A model generated the notes under the pieces. It saw nothing but the letters and a program-made list of their open reading frames with translations, searched no databases and had not been told where the DNA came from. This document shows, one piece after another, positions 39,061 through 52,465 of a DNA stretch of 64,000 nucleotides. The position numbers and the translations under genes were made by a program. Each line of letters begins with the position of its first letter. The stretch's first letter is position 1. This DNA is from Blastocystis sp. Blastoise (taxonomy: Eukaryota; Protista; Bigyra: Opalinata): the NCBI GenBank assembly GCA_039096225.1, contig JBBPEB010000033.1:620001-684000 (forward strand), written 5' to 3'.

Positions 39061-40470
39061 TTAATGTTGATTTGTTTTTCCATTAATTTCGACAACGACA
39101 ACTTCAGAATCTAAGGGTGTAACAGTATGATTTTCTTCATAAGAAATAGGAGTTTGAGTATCAGAAATATCTTCTACAATAATAACATCTTTACTAATAG
39201 TAATAACAGTTGTAGGTTCTTCAGGAGTTTTAGGAATTTCAATAGAAACTTGATTTTTCTTAGTATCTTCTTGTTGAGTATTTTTTTCTTCTTTAGCTTG
39301 TAATCTATTAAGATGCCACTTAAGAAGAGTAATAGAAATAAGAGGAATAGCAGAATAAAGAGTAAAACAACGATATCCCCATTCACTACCAATATATTCA
39401 TTAATGACACCTACAAGATATTGAACAAGTCCATTAGTACAACCAGAAATAACAATAACGATACTACTAGCTATAGGAGTATTTTCTTTAAAAATGCCTA
39501 TACAAGAACACATAAATGTAGGGAATAAAACACCGATAAAGAAACCAGTAAAAGGAAGTACCCAAAAACCATAAGATCCAATAAGGAATCCAATAACATA
39601 AACAATAATATTAATAGCTAAAGATAATTGTATGGAATTGAAATAACCAACTTTTTCAATCCAAAAGCCACTTATAAGACGAGTAGCAGTAAACATTACA
39701 TAGAAAATAGAAACAAAAGTAGCACCTTCTTTTTCTATATTATAACCGAATAAATCTTGGAAATATAAAGCACCCCAATTAGAAGCACCAAATTCAATAA
39801 TTTCCATAAAACCAAGAGTACAACCACACCACCAGACTTTATAATCTTTTAAGCATTCAAAGAAAGTCTTTGTAGGTTTCTGTTCTTCACTTTCTTCATT
39901 CTTTATATTAAATTTTATAAAAGATAACACAATAGCAGATAAACCCATGACAGCAATACTAACATAATAAGGAGACTTATAAGATTTACCTATAAGAGAA
40001 ATACACCAAGTAGCAAAGAAAGGACCAACTATAGCACCGAGACCATAGAAGAAATGCATAAGATTAAAAAGAACAGCAGAAGAACTAGTAAAGATAGAAG
40101 TAGCTAAAGCATTTGCTCCAACTTCAAAGAAACCAAAGCCCATCCAGACTACCATCATAATAAAGATAGCCCAAGAAAAGGATGGAATAAATAAAGTAAG
40201 GATACTACCAAAGACAGTCATCAAATAACCACTAAGGATATCAGCTTTAATGCTGCATCGTTCAATAACAATCGTAGCAATTACGCAGAATATAACGTAT
40301 CCATACCAGGAAAGAGAAACTAAAAGACCCTGCTCATCATACGAAGCATCGAACTCTTCTTTGATCATTGGAAAAACTACACTTTTGAGATTCTCCAAAA
40401 TACCAAAGTAGAACATGGTAAGGTATATAATAATACATAGTGCAACCTTGTTGCAAGAGCCTTTTTTCAT
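39061..40470 (-). CDS. Major facilitator superfamily transporter (FucP/glucose-galactose permease-like), intronless
   Basis: 469-aa uninterrupted ORF with about 12 hydrophobic segments; motifs FFEVGANAL, NLMHFFYGLGAIVGP, GASNWGALY, FTATRL, FIGVLFPT. Confidence 0.85.
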   Translation of the reverse strand: MKKGSCNKVALCIIIYLTMFYFGILENLKSVVFPMIKEEFDASYDEQGLLVSLSWYGYVIFCVIATIVIERCSIKADILSGYLMTVFGSILTLFIPSFSWAIFIMMVVWMGFGFFEVGANALATSIFTSSSAVLFNLMHFFYGLGAIVGPFFATWCISLIGKSYKSPYYVSIAVMGLSAIVLSFIKFNIKNEESEEQKPTKTFFECLKDYKVWWCGCTLGFMEIIEFGASNWGALYFQDLFGYNIEKEGATFVSIFYVMFTATRLISGFWIEKVGYFNSIQLSLAINIIVYVIGFLIGSYGFWVLPFTGFFIGVLFPTFMCSCIGIFKENTPIASSIVIVISGCTNGLVQYLVGVINEYIGSEWGYRCFTLYSAIPLISITLLKWHLNRLQAKEEKNTQQEDTKKNQVSIEIPKTPEEPTTVITISKDVIIVEDISDTQTPISYEENHTVTPLDSEVVVVEINGKTNQH

Positions 40471-41671
40471 TCAATAGGAAATAAAAATATGAGCTACATT
40501 GTGACTACATTTCTTCTTCACTAAGAAACTGTATTTATTATTGTCTAGGATTGATGGATCTATTTTAAAGTGAAAGGATTAGAAATTCCCATAAAAGACT
40601 TACTATACGTTTCTAAAAGAATAAATGAGGGCTTGAAAACATTAAAAACAACCATACAAAAAAAAGTAATGACTTGAGAAAAATCAAGCAGTGGAAGGAT
40701 ATATTCAGTTTTTCAACGGATATCAATAATTTTGTTTTTTCAAGTGTTTGTCAAATTATTTTTATGGGAAAGAGAAAGAAAGACAACTGCTTGGTATCTC
40801 CGAAAAACAGCGTTTTTTATATTATCTACTTTTATCCCAAAAACGAATATGAAGATCTCTTATCAAGCACTGATTATCCTATAAATTTTTAGTTTTTATT
40901 TTGTGTTAGCCAATAAACATAACAAAAACGAGTTTTGAGTCAAATTGTGCCACTTTTTTTAGTGAAACACGCATTTTTGTGATCAAGGAGAAATCAACGA
41001 ACGTTCTTTCGAATTAATAATACTATGTAGATATAATAAAGAACGAAGACAAATGAGTGGTTATAAATAACAGCCAATGATCATTTATGGATTTGCTTTT
41101 TTTTTGAGTAAAGTTGCTGTTATTTTCTTTATTTCTACTTTGAAATCGTTCTATGTTGTGATATAATGATTAATTTTTAAAAAAGAAGAAAAAATGGAAG
41201 TTGATGAAACATTTTTCAATCACTACTTTCACTTTATAAATGAGATATTAATGGCTAAATATACTCTCGGTTAGATGAATAATTTTTTTTTTTAATTTTA
41301 TGTTGACTATCACAGTTGACGTCACTTAATGAAGTGAATCATCACAATTTGAAACGAGATATAAAATGAACAAAGAAAAGAATAATCATTTTCGTACGAT
41401 GAGTATAAATTAATTACAGAATACAGTCATATTTTGTTATAATAATGTCAAATTTGTTGTAAATTGAAAATAATAAATAAAAAAAAACTGTTGATAGAGT
41501 CATTAACAAAGTGTTATTTATATAATATATAATAGATATATACAATAGACAATCATTTTAAAAGTATCAACATATAAAAAAACAAATATATTTAGAAAAA
41601 TGGATATAATATAATTGTATTGAACACTTGTATATATATACTTATCTTAATTCTTGAGTATCTGTATTGAC

Positions 41672-43463
41672 TTAAATAGTAATATCTTTATTTTGAATTT
41701 TATTTTGTTTATCATTAAGTTTATTATTATTATTATCGTTAATTTGTTCTACTTTTATTCCTTGTTCATTTTGTTTTTCTTTAATGGTTTCATTTTCAAT
41801 ATCTTCTTCTTTATTGATTTCATTCTCTTTTTCATCTTCTTCTTTAACGACTTTATTTTGAACTGTTTTTTCATCTTCTTCTTCTTTCATAATTTCATTT
41901 TCATTTTCTTTTTCTTTATTATTTTCATCTTCTTCTTCTTCTTTCATAATTTCATTTTCAACCGCTTTTTCAATTTCTTTTTCTTTCATAATTTCATTTT
42001 CATTTTCTTTTTCTTTATTATTTTCATCTTCTTCTTCTTCTTTCATAATTTCATTTTCAACGTGATTCTTCTCAATTGTTTCTCCTTCATCAACAATTTC
42101 TCCTTGATATTTTTCCTTATTCATAATTTCTTTTTCTTTTTCTTCTTTAATTGCTTGAATATGTTCATCACAATTTTTACATACACCATTTAAAGTCTTT
42201 TCATATTCTAAAATACTATGGTTCATAATAATCCAAGGAAATATACGTACACCCTTGGGCATCTCAGAACCATTAAATATTTTTATATATGGGTTATCAG
42301 GTAATTTACTATACGATTTAATTAGTTCAGGAAGTTGACCTTGCTTAAATAACTATATATAGAAACATTTAAGTATATACAAACACTATTTATAATATAT
42401 ATATACTATTAAAATATATGAATACATAATAATAACAAAATAATATATTTCTATATATTTCTATATATATACATCATATAATTTAATTTTTAATCCTTCA
42501 TATAAACGATAATCTTCTTCACATTCAATGTCATGATTCATATAATATACTTTCCCGGGTAAAATAAAATTGGCGGGAGCTACTAAATTATAAGGATATT
42601 TACTTGGTGATTCTGTATATAACTTTTCTATTTGAGATTGATCAATATCTTCAAGTTTTTCTGCTTGAGAACAAAGATAGACCTATATTTATTTATATAT
42701 AAGAATAATAAGGATAAATAAAAGTGTAATAATTATTAATAATTATAGAATACATAGAAAAGTAAAAAATATGAAAAATATCATAAAATAATAATAATTT
42801 ATATATATATATATCATTAGTATACATGTTCTGCAAATAAATGAACACAATCGGCGTTACAACGTGGAACAATATCATCTTCATTAATAAAACTAATAAT
42901 ACAATCTTCTCCTTTATTCTTATACGTTTTTGATATACAAGGAGCAGGAGCAAAACATATACACTTAGGCGAATGATCTTCATACCTATATATATATATA
43001 ATATAATATATATATATAATATAATATATAATATATACTACAATATAGATAGTTTTTTATATTTACTTTTATATGTAATTAAATAAGAGAATTATATTGC
43101 ATATATAAATATATAATTTAATTATGATACAAATACATTTTTATATTTATATGTATAAACAATTAAATAATAGAAATCAATTATTTATATAAAAATGAAT
43201 TCATAAAATGAATACATAATAATATCATAAACAAATCAATAATAAATAAATAAAAGATATGAGTATATATACATATGCTTTTGATGCCAATATAAACACA
43301 TAAGAGAAGCAACAGAAGCTCCTAAGGAATGACCTACAGAATATAAAGAATAATCAGGGTTATTTCCAAAGGCTTTTATTAATACTGAATTAATATCTTC
43401 ATTCTCTATATTACGCTTTGCAATTCGTCCCATTCCCTTTATATATATATAGATATAGATATA

Positions 43464-43509
<46 letters not shown>

Positions 43510-45075
43510 TGATTGAGTAGTATTTTAATAATAGGATTAATTGCTGAATAAAAATATAGCAGAACTGTGTAATTAGTTAATTAACAATAAAAAATATAGA
43601 GAAAGAAATATATTGCTGATATATATAATATATATACTATATAATATAGAATATAGAATATTGAATATAAAATATATAATATATAATATAATATATAATA
43701 TATTATTATATATATACTTCATGTATAAATCCATTCATTTCTTCTTCCATCATTGGTTGTTCCATAAGATCCACAAAAGCGTCATTCATATCATCAGTAC
43801 CTCTACATATAATTACTATACTCTTATATATATCATCTTGAACTATAAATAAAGGAGGGGTATGGATATCTACTTCTTTAGAAGTAGACATTTTCTCAGA
43901 TGTAAAAGATGTATATAAGATATTCTCTTTCTTTATACCCCTATATATAGAATTAATATAATTTATTTAATAAATATAATTAATATAATAAATATAATAA
44001 ATATAATAAACATAATAAATATAATAAATATTGAAATATAATAATATGATTATATAATTTGAAAACAATTCTACATATATCTATTTTAAACTGAAAAAAC
44101 AAAGTGTATAATATTTAAAAAATACACAAAATATTAAAATTTATCAAAACAAAAATATTTTATAAACTATAATTAATAATATATATTATATATATACGTA
44201 TGATTTATAAAGAATTGTATATAGTTATCTTTAGAGACAGAAGGATCAAAAAGACCATTAAAAATAGATTGTAAATTATAACTACTTGGATTCTTTAAGA
44301 AATCTTGAGAGAAACTACTACCATAAATACCACAAGCAAATCGACTATATAATTGACAACGATTTAAAAACGAACGATTCTTTAAATCAAATAATTCACC
44401 AGGAATTGTAGGAATAATCTATATATATATATATATTATTATTATTATTATCATGTTTATTATGTTTATTATTATTAGTTTATTATCTATATCCATAAAA
44501 ATAATATTCTAATAAATTATCACATCAACGATAATCTATATTAAAAAAAAACAATTTATATACTTGAGTAAAAGCAGCATTGTAAACAGCAGGCAGAAGT
44601 TTATTCACAGGAACTGTCATTATCTTCTCACCAAATGGCTTAGATATATCAATTAATAAATTCATAGCTCTATTCACAATATATAAATAAATAAAAATGG
44701 AAATTATTGATAGAAACACAAAAATACGTTTTAAGCTCTGGAGGAACAACTGTTTCCTTGATTTCTTCCATCTTAGGTGTATATTCAGATACTTTTTCGT
44801 ATGCTTCAGGTTTGACAACTTGAATACTCTTCATTATAAATGCTATGGAAATATCAAGCAAAATCACATAAATGACGGAGTAAGGAACACCTATCAGTCT
44901 ATAAATAGTATACATCATGTTTAATTTCATCATACTTTAATATTACATAAACAACTATTTGAGATAAAATAGCAGCGATCAAAAACTTTGTACTGTAATT
45001 CCTATATCAATCATAATTCAAATGATGTCACAATCATATATACAATGTTATTGTTTTTCCTTCTTTTTCTACCAT
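41672..45075 (-). CDS. Class 3 lipase (diacylglycerol-lipase-like) with N-terminal TM segments and an acidic repetitive tail
   Basis: FACGIYG, IVIICRGTDDMNDAFVDL, GFIHEG, VGHSLGASVA (GxSxG), CFAPAP, INEDDIVPR, MNHSI. 9 or more exons. Confidence 0.88.
41870..42062 (-). repeat. Coding tandem duplication of about 99 bp (VENEIMKEEEEDENNKEKENENEIMKE...)
   Basis: Two near-identical copies in ORF 41672-42262. Confidence 0.85.
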
Positions 45076-45211
45076 TTTTAATGAATACTTTTTTAAAATA
45101 TAAATTTGAAAACAAAAACAAAAAAAAATGGTCGAGATTTTTAGCTACATTCAGCTTGTGATGAAAAAAGAATTCTTTACAAAACAATATTTTTTAAACA
45201 TCATAAACAAC

Positions 45212-45962
45212 ATGGAAACTCCATCTGAGTATGTTTTAGTTGATAATAAATTATGTATATCATAGACAAACCACTACACCTGTTGAGGAAGTCGAAAGTA
45301 CAGAAACTTACGATAAAATATATGAATTATTAACTAAATATGAAGCTGATTTTAAGGTTCTTAATCATAGACCAACACACACATCTCAGGAATCTGCTGA
45401 GGTTCGAGGTACTACATTAGAAAGTGGTGCTAAAGCTATGTTAGTTCATAGTAAAAAGACTTCTAAAACTTATTTACTTGTCATTAGTGCTGCTAAATCT
45501 ATTGATTGGAAAAAAGTCAAGAAAATATTGGGTGCCGTGGAACTTGTTCCTTATGATAAAGTTCCAGAATATACTGGATGTCTTTCTGGTATATTGTCAT
45601 CATTTTTATTTTCTTTATTTTATATTATGACAAATATTTACACTTTTCTATTTAGTTTTTATTATAACATATTTTATACTCTTTTTTTTTATTTATTTAT
45701 TTTAGGTGGCGTTGCTCCTTTTGGAAGATTACTTGGAGATGGTTTTCCCACATATATGGATGAATCTTTAGAACAACAAGGAGATAGAATTAATTTTAAT
45801 GCAGGAATTATATAATATTTTCTTTACTATTTATTAACATATTTATTTATATATTTTTTATTTATTTATTTTTCTTAGGGATTAAGAACTAGATCTATTA
45901 ATTTATTATTATCTGATTATATTCGTATTGAAAGACCTATTATTGTTAACTTTAGTAAGTAA
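45212..45962 (+). CDS. YbaK/ProX-family aminoacyl-tRNA deacylase (YeaK-like)
   Basis: HRPTHTSQESAEVRGTTLESGAKAML, TGCLSGGVAPFG, INFNAGLRTRSI. 4 exons; the last intron has no GT donor. Confidence 0.85.
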
Positions 45963-46203
45963 AAAATGTTTTTTTTATTTATTTGCTTTCAAATCCTACT
46001 TCTCTCTACTCCAAGAAGATTTCACTATATATAAAATCGTTAGGGATTATTTCTATCTTGTTTGTTCTTCATTTTGTTTAGTTGAAGAGTTCTCAAGATG
46101 AGCATTTATTCATCTATTTAAATTAAATAAAATCAAGGTTTCTTTCAACTATTCAAAGGAGTACCAAGACAAGTAAATTATTTTTATTCCTTTATTGTTT
46201 AAA

Positions 46204-47975
46204 ATGAATGAATTCGATCATTTAAACTTCAAATATGCATTACAATTAATTGATAAAGATCTTCTAACGAAACAAACCTTTATTCAAAATATGATGAATG
46301 TAGTTTCATCAATGGCTAACCTTTGTTGCTCTAGTTTTAACGAAATATCTACTGCGCTTCATATGTGTATTGAGAATAATCAAGAATCTGATAAGAATAA
46401 GGATACTCAGTCCTCAAGACAAAATGATAATTGCATGATTTCTTCCAAAAGCGATCTTAATCACACAGCTGAGAATAATTCTGATATATCTTCAACTTCA
46501 AATGAAGATTATATTCGTTTTACAAATAATGGTCCAATCTTTTCAATATCTGAACAAGTTATTGGAGATAATTTTTGTTCATATATTTCAGAACAGTCAA
46601 ATAGTGAGCAAAGATCAAATGATGGCTCAATATTTCTAGATTTCCCCGGATCAGACTGGTGTGTATATCCATTGATGGATTATTTAAATAAGAAAAATAT
46701 CAATTTCAGTCAATATGAATATAAATCTCAATTAGATCTATTAGAATTATTTGAGTTTCTTTCTCTTCCTCTTCCACCCGAATTAGTTTTTTGTAGAGAA
46801 CGAAGAGATACAAAATTTCTTCCTTATTTACCTAATGATGATGTTCATTTATATGTAAATAATGAAGAAGATTTGATCATTAAACAATATTTAATAAATG
46901 AAAAGTTATGGTGTCATTATATTGGTCAATATAATAAGAATATGGTCAATTATGATTCTTTTAACGACCTTCTATATATACGAAAAGAATATCATTATTT
47001 TCCTTATATTCATCAATATATTACGAATCAAACATTATCGATACCTAAAGATGAATTACTTAAAATAAATCAACAAATATTAAGCGAAGAATTTTCTGAT
47101 ATATTTGGTGAAAAAGGTATAAATATTGTTCAATGTGCATTTATAACAAATCCTACTGTTTTTTCACAATCTTCAATTCTTAATCAATTATCCTATGAAC
47201 ATACTTTATTAAATTGGGTAGGAAAAGACAAAAAATGGGTATTACTTTTTAAGTATATAAATTAATTGTTTTTTATTAAGTATTTTTTTTTTAATTTTAA
47301 TATACATTGTATTTTTTTTTATTTTTCAATATATTACTATTCTTTTCTTTTTAAAGCCAGTGAACATGATTTTTCTGCTGCTGAATTTCATAAATATTGT
47401 GATAATAAAGGAGAAACAATTGTTTTAATAAAACATATAGGTCATGATAACTATATAAATATATTTGGAGGATATACAGATCAAAATTGGTCTTCTTCCT
47501 ATTGTATGCTATATATATTATTTATAATTTATATTTAATTTATTCTAATTAGTATATATATTATTTATAATTTATATTTAATATATTCATATTAATATAT
47601 ATTAAATAACATTAAAAAAATCAAGTCAATTGTATATCATTATATATATGTATAGCTAGTTTACCCTTATCAAAAGAATTTCTTTTTACTTTAACTAATG
47701 AATATGATATTCCTCCTACTAAATATTTACATACTGGTATTGGTTGTGCAATTGGTTGTTGTTGTTCTTGGGGACCAGTATTTGGAAGGGGAAGAGATCT
47801 TTTTATTTCAGATCATTGTCATAAAGAAAGCTCATCCTATTGCATCGCAGAATCATATGCAACGATTTCAACTCATCAGAAATCATCGTTGTTTGTTAAC
47901 ACAAGTAGTAAACAACAAAAAAATTCATTCGTTGTAGATGAGTATGAAGTATGGGGAAGATCAGAAACCATATAA
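46204..47975 (+). CDS. BTB-like + TLDc domain protein (paralogue B)
   Basis: Long first exon, then WVLLFKASEHDFSAAEFHKYCDNKGETIVLIKHIGHDNYINIFGGYT...FLFTLTN...WGPVFG...FVVDEYEVWG. Start codon uncertain. Confidence 0.85.
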
Positions 47976-49030
47976 AAAACAAAAATCTATTTATTGATGT
48001 GTAGAACACGTTTATAGTTTTATTTATCATTTATAAACTTTCTTTTTAAAATAATTTGTTTTTCATGAATCATATTATTACGTTTTTATTATGTTATCGC
48101 TTTTTTGTTTTATTTTTTATTTTATGATACTTTAGAAATGAATAATATAATTATTCGTTAAAAATGTATCAAAAATACATATCAATTTTTCATTAATACA
48201 TAAATAAAACTACTTTCAGTATTTGATACTTATTCTCTATACATTAGAGTATATTTTAATATTTTTTTAAATAAAAAAATGATCATTGAATACTAGACTA
48301 GATAGATAAATATATAAAAATCACTAATTTACTATATACACGTTATTTTAACACAAAGAATAGTACTTTTAAGTAAAACAACGGATTAACATTAAAAAGA
48401 GAATGCAAAAACACTTTCGAATAGAAATTACATTATGTATTATTTCTTGAAAGTTATTTTACCTGTTATTAAATAAAAGTTGTATTAAAAAATATAATAA
48501 AATAGGTTTTTACATACAAGAGGCTATGAGTATACTTAATTGTTATTTTATTGTTGGATTATGCAATTAAATTGAAGTGACATGATAATAATGTGAATAA
48601 TTTTTGTATATAAATTTTATGTATATCTAGTTCCACATATTGAAAATAATTTCATCTTATCCAAATAGTCATTTTATGAACAATTAAAAATTTTCGTTAC
48701 TAATTATCATGAATTAATTAAATGATCACATCTACAGTTTTTATAATTAATTTAAAAGTAATTCAAAAGATAGAATCGTCTTAATAAAGCATCTGAAAAA
48801 GACCAGACGACTTTAAATGTTAAATTTATATATATTTATATATACTTAGAATTTGAATCAAGGTCAAATATCATTAGAGAAATCTGCGTGTATAGTAAAT
48901 AAGATAAATAATAGACAATTCATTTTTATTTTGCTGGAAACAGTTCGAGTATTTGTTCATTTCTAGGAAAAAGGAAATATTTAAAACTTCATATTCAAAT
49001 TAAAATTTACTATTGTCTTTTTATTTTATG

Positions 49031-49042
49031 AGCCAATAAAAT
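49031..49042 (+). promoter_or_regulatory. CCAAT-box-like motif AGCCAATAAAAT upstream of SmD1
   Basis: About 130 bp upstream of the ATG. The same extended motif occurs upstream of other genes (1781, 3382, 30894 reverse, 38438, 40908). Confidence 0.5.
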
Positions 49043-49168
49043 GATTCTTTTTCGTATAAAAACCAATTAAGCAAGAAAGTAAATGGTTTTTATCTGAAAG
49101 AGACTTCTTTTTGTTTTTTCATAATTATAAGTAAATTGACGTTTTCCTTTTATATAATCATATAAAGA

Positions 49169-49657
49169 ATGAAGCTTGTCAGGTATATTTGATTAAATAC
49201 TTATTCTAATAAAAATACGATGTTTTTATAGATTTTTAATGAAATTAACAAATGATACTGTCACAATTGAGTTAAAGAATGGAACAGTTGTGCATGGTAC
49301 TATTGTTGGTGTTGATGTTGCTATGAACACTCACTTAAAGAATGTCAAAATGACTATCAAGGGTCGTAACCCTGTCAATGCTGATTCATTAAGTATTCGT
49401 GGAAGTAACATTAGATATGTGCTTTTACCAGATAGGTATTTATTATATATATATTTCTGATTATCTACTTTATTTTCATCTTATATTGATATAAATAATT
49501 TATTAAATATTAAAATATTATTATTATTGTATCTTATAGTTTGAATCTTGATACATTATTAATTGATGATACTCCTAAACAAAATCCTAAAAAAATATCA
49601 AATCAACCCAGAACTGGAAGAAGAGGTGGTCGTGGTAGAGGTTTTGGTGGTCGTTAA
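49169..49657 (+). CDS. SNRPD1: Small nuclear ribonucleoprotein Sm D1
   Basis: MKLVR|[36 protein letters not shown]...[15 protein letters not shown]|[11 protein letters not shown], followed by an RG-rich tail. Confidence 0.96.
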
Positions 49658-50041
49658 ACAATTTATAAACAAAACAAAATACACATTTTTTGAGGGAAGT
49701 TTCTTTTTTCTATTTGAATTTATTTTATTGGATCTTCCACTTCTTTATATGTCTTATTAACAAAATTCAATATTAATATTTTATTTGTACTATTTGTAAA
49801 TCCATATATATTGTTTTTTACATTTCTTTTATAATTATAGAGAATATTATACAAATAGTAATTCTATTATTAATCAAAAATTCTTTTTCTCTATTTTTTT
49901 ATTACAATAATACACAATTCTTGATTTTTACACAGTAATCAATAAATATGAATACAAATAATAACAACTAGAATAAATAAATACATAATAAAAGATATAT
50001 ATATATATATTATTATATAACAAATCTAAAAAAAGAAAAAA

Positions 50042-51870
50042 TTATTGTTTATTATCAATAGTTTTTATATATTCTAATAAATGAAGAGTTTCTTGACTTA
50101 ATTCTACATAATTCTGTTTAAGTTCTATATATTTCTGTTCATAATCATTACTAATATGTGTTTGCTGTAAAGTATTTATTTGTTTCTTTTGACTTTCAAG
50201 TTTGATATTTGCATCTTCTAAAGACTGAGTTAACTCATCAATTTTTGATTTATAATTATTTGATTGTAATAACATATCTCTAATATTATTTTCTAATAAT
50301 GTTATATGATCTTTATCTATATATACATTAATATATTATAATTATGAAGCTAATTATTAATAGAATCTAATATATATACAAATATTACAGAATGACTATG
50401 TTATATATACTTTTATTAATTTCTTCTTCATATTGTGATTGTATTGTTTCATCCGTTTCCTTATTTGTATTTATATTATTCTCTTTCTCTTTTTCTATTT
50501 CTACAACTTTCTCTTTTTCTATTTCAATCTCTTTTTCTTTATTAGAAATCTCTTCTTGAAGCTTTGCAATATCCTATATATATATAATAAACGAATATAT
50601 ATGTATATATACAGAAGTTAAAGAATCAATAGTTGTTGTCATATCATTCTTATTCTCTATATATATTTATATATTATAATAATGATTAAAGCAAAAACTA
50701 AATAATATATATATATAATGAAATTATAATACTCAAAAGTTCTTCAATTTGATTGGATAATTCTTGATTGTGTTCTATCAGTGATTTATTTTCTTCTTCA
50801 TATGTTTTTATACTTTGTAATTCTTTTATTGTACTTTCAAGAGATTCAATTTGTTTGTTCTTCTCTTCAATATTCTGATGAATACTATTATAATCAGTTT
50901 CAAGTTTATTCTTTTCTAATTGAATATCGTTATATTCTTGTTCTAATTCATCTATATGATTTTCTTTTAAAGTATTTTCATCTTCTTTTTCTTTATTTTC
51001 TTTCTCTAATTGATCTATTGTAATCTTCAAATCATCTATTGATTTTATATAACTGCTTATATTCATTTCATAATTATCAACTTTCTGTTTATAATCTTCA
51101 ATTTTCTGTTTATAATCATCTATTTCCTTTAATTGTATTTCACAATCCTTACTTTTTTCTTCATATTCTTCAATTTTCTTCTGAAATTCGATAATTTCTT
51201 GCTCTTTCTGTTTTAATGATGATTCTAATTCTACTATTGTATCGTTCATCTCTTTATTTTTATCTTCATCTTCAGTATCTTTAACTATATTCTCTTTTCT
51301 TTTTACTTCTTCTTTCAAATGAGAATTCTCTTCATTTATATGAATATTTTCTTCTTTTATTGTTTCTAATTCTCTTTCTAAAGATTCATTAGTATGTTTC
51401 ATTGTATTTATTTCTTCATCTTTTTGTACTTTTTCCTTTTCGATCTGTTCTTTCTCTTCATTCATCTTTTGAATTTCATCCGTTAATTGATCAATTTCAT
51501 TCTTATTATAAGTATTCTCTGTTAATAAATCAGAATATTTCTTCTTTAATTGGTCTAATTCATTATTGTCATGATTTTCATAAGGAGAAGGAGAAGGTTT
51601 TGATTCTAAAGATGATATATATTGTTTTAATTGTTCAATTTCTTGATCTTTGTCCTGAATAACATCTTGATATTGCTTTATTATCTATATATATATAGGT
51701 CATAATAATAATTATAATAATAATAAACAATTAACATGAGTATTATATATATACTTCTTTAGTATTTGAGTCATTCCCGCCAACAGAAAGAGGCGCGGGA
51801 GATGCGAAAAGAAGACGTTGAAATAATTCATAATGTTTATAAGATAGACCCAAGAAAGAAGTTGAAAAAC

Positions 51871-51927
<57 letters not shown>

Positions 51928-52038
51928 GAGTAACTATAGAACTTTAAATATATATATACATTGAGTCTTCTTGTTTATTTTGTAGTGCGTCTTGAATGGC
52001 GGGAAGAGAATAAAAGAACTGAAGAGTATCCATTATTC

Positions 52039-52118
<80 letters not shown>

Positions 52119-52119
52119 C

Positions 52120-52199
<80 letters not shown>

Positions 52200-52386
52200 T
52201 ACTCCTAAAATTATATATATATATATACTTTTCTAAAGGTACTTTAGTTGAAATCATTTGTTGAACATGTTCCTTGTTTATATAATTATTATCCTTAACA
52301 ACAGCATCTTTAGGATCACCCTCGCACGTGATTAAAGAACACAAAGGAATACATCGAGCAGCAAGAACCTTTAACATATCTATATA

Positions 52387-52465
<79 letters not shown>

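Noticed and set aside
39061-40470. Bacterial contamination explaining the intronless MFS gene
   Set aside because: AT-rich codon usage matches the neighbours, it has a eukaryote-like C-terminal tail and TGTTTGTT 3' motif, and it is flanked by intron-containing genes.
44890-45002. Apparent frame conflict at the lipase 5' end
   Set aside because: Resolved by a downstream canonical donor (TTA AA|gtatga), giving ...YVILK|LIGVPY.
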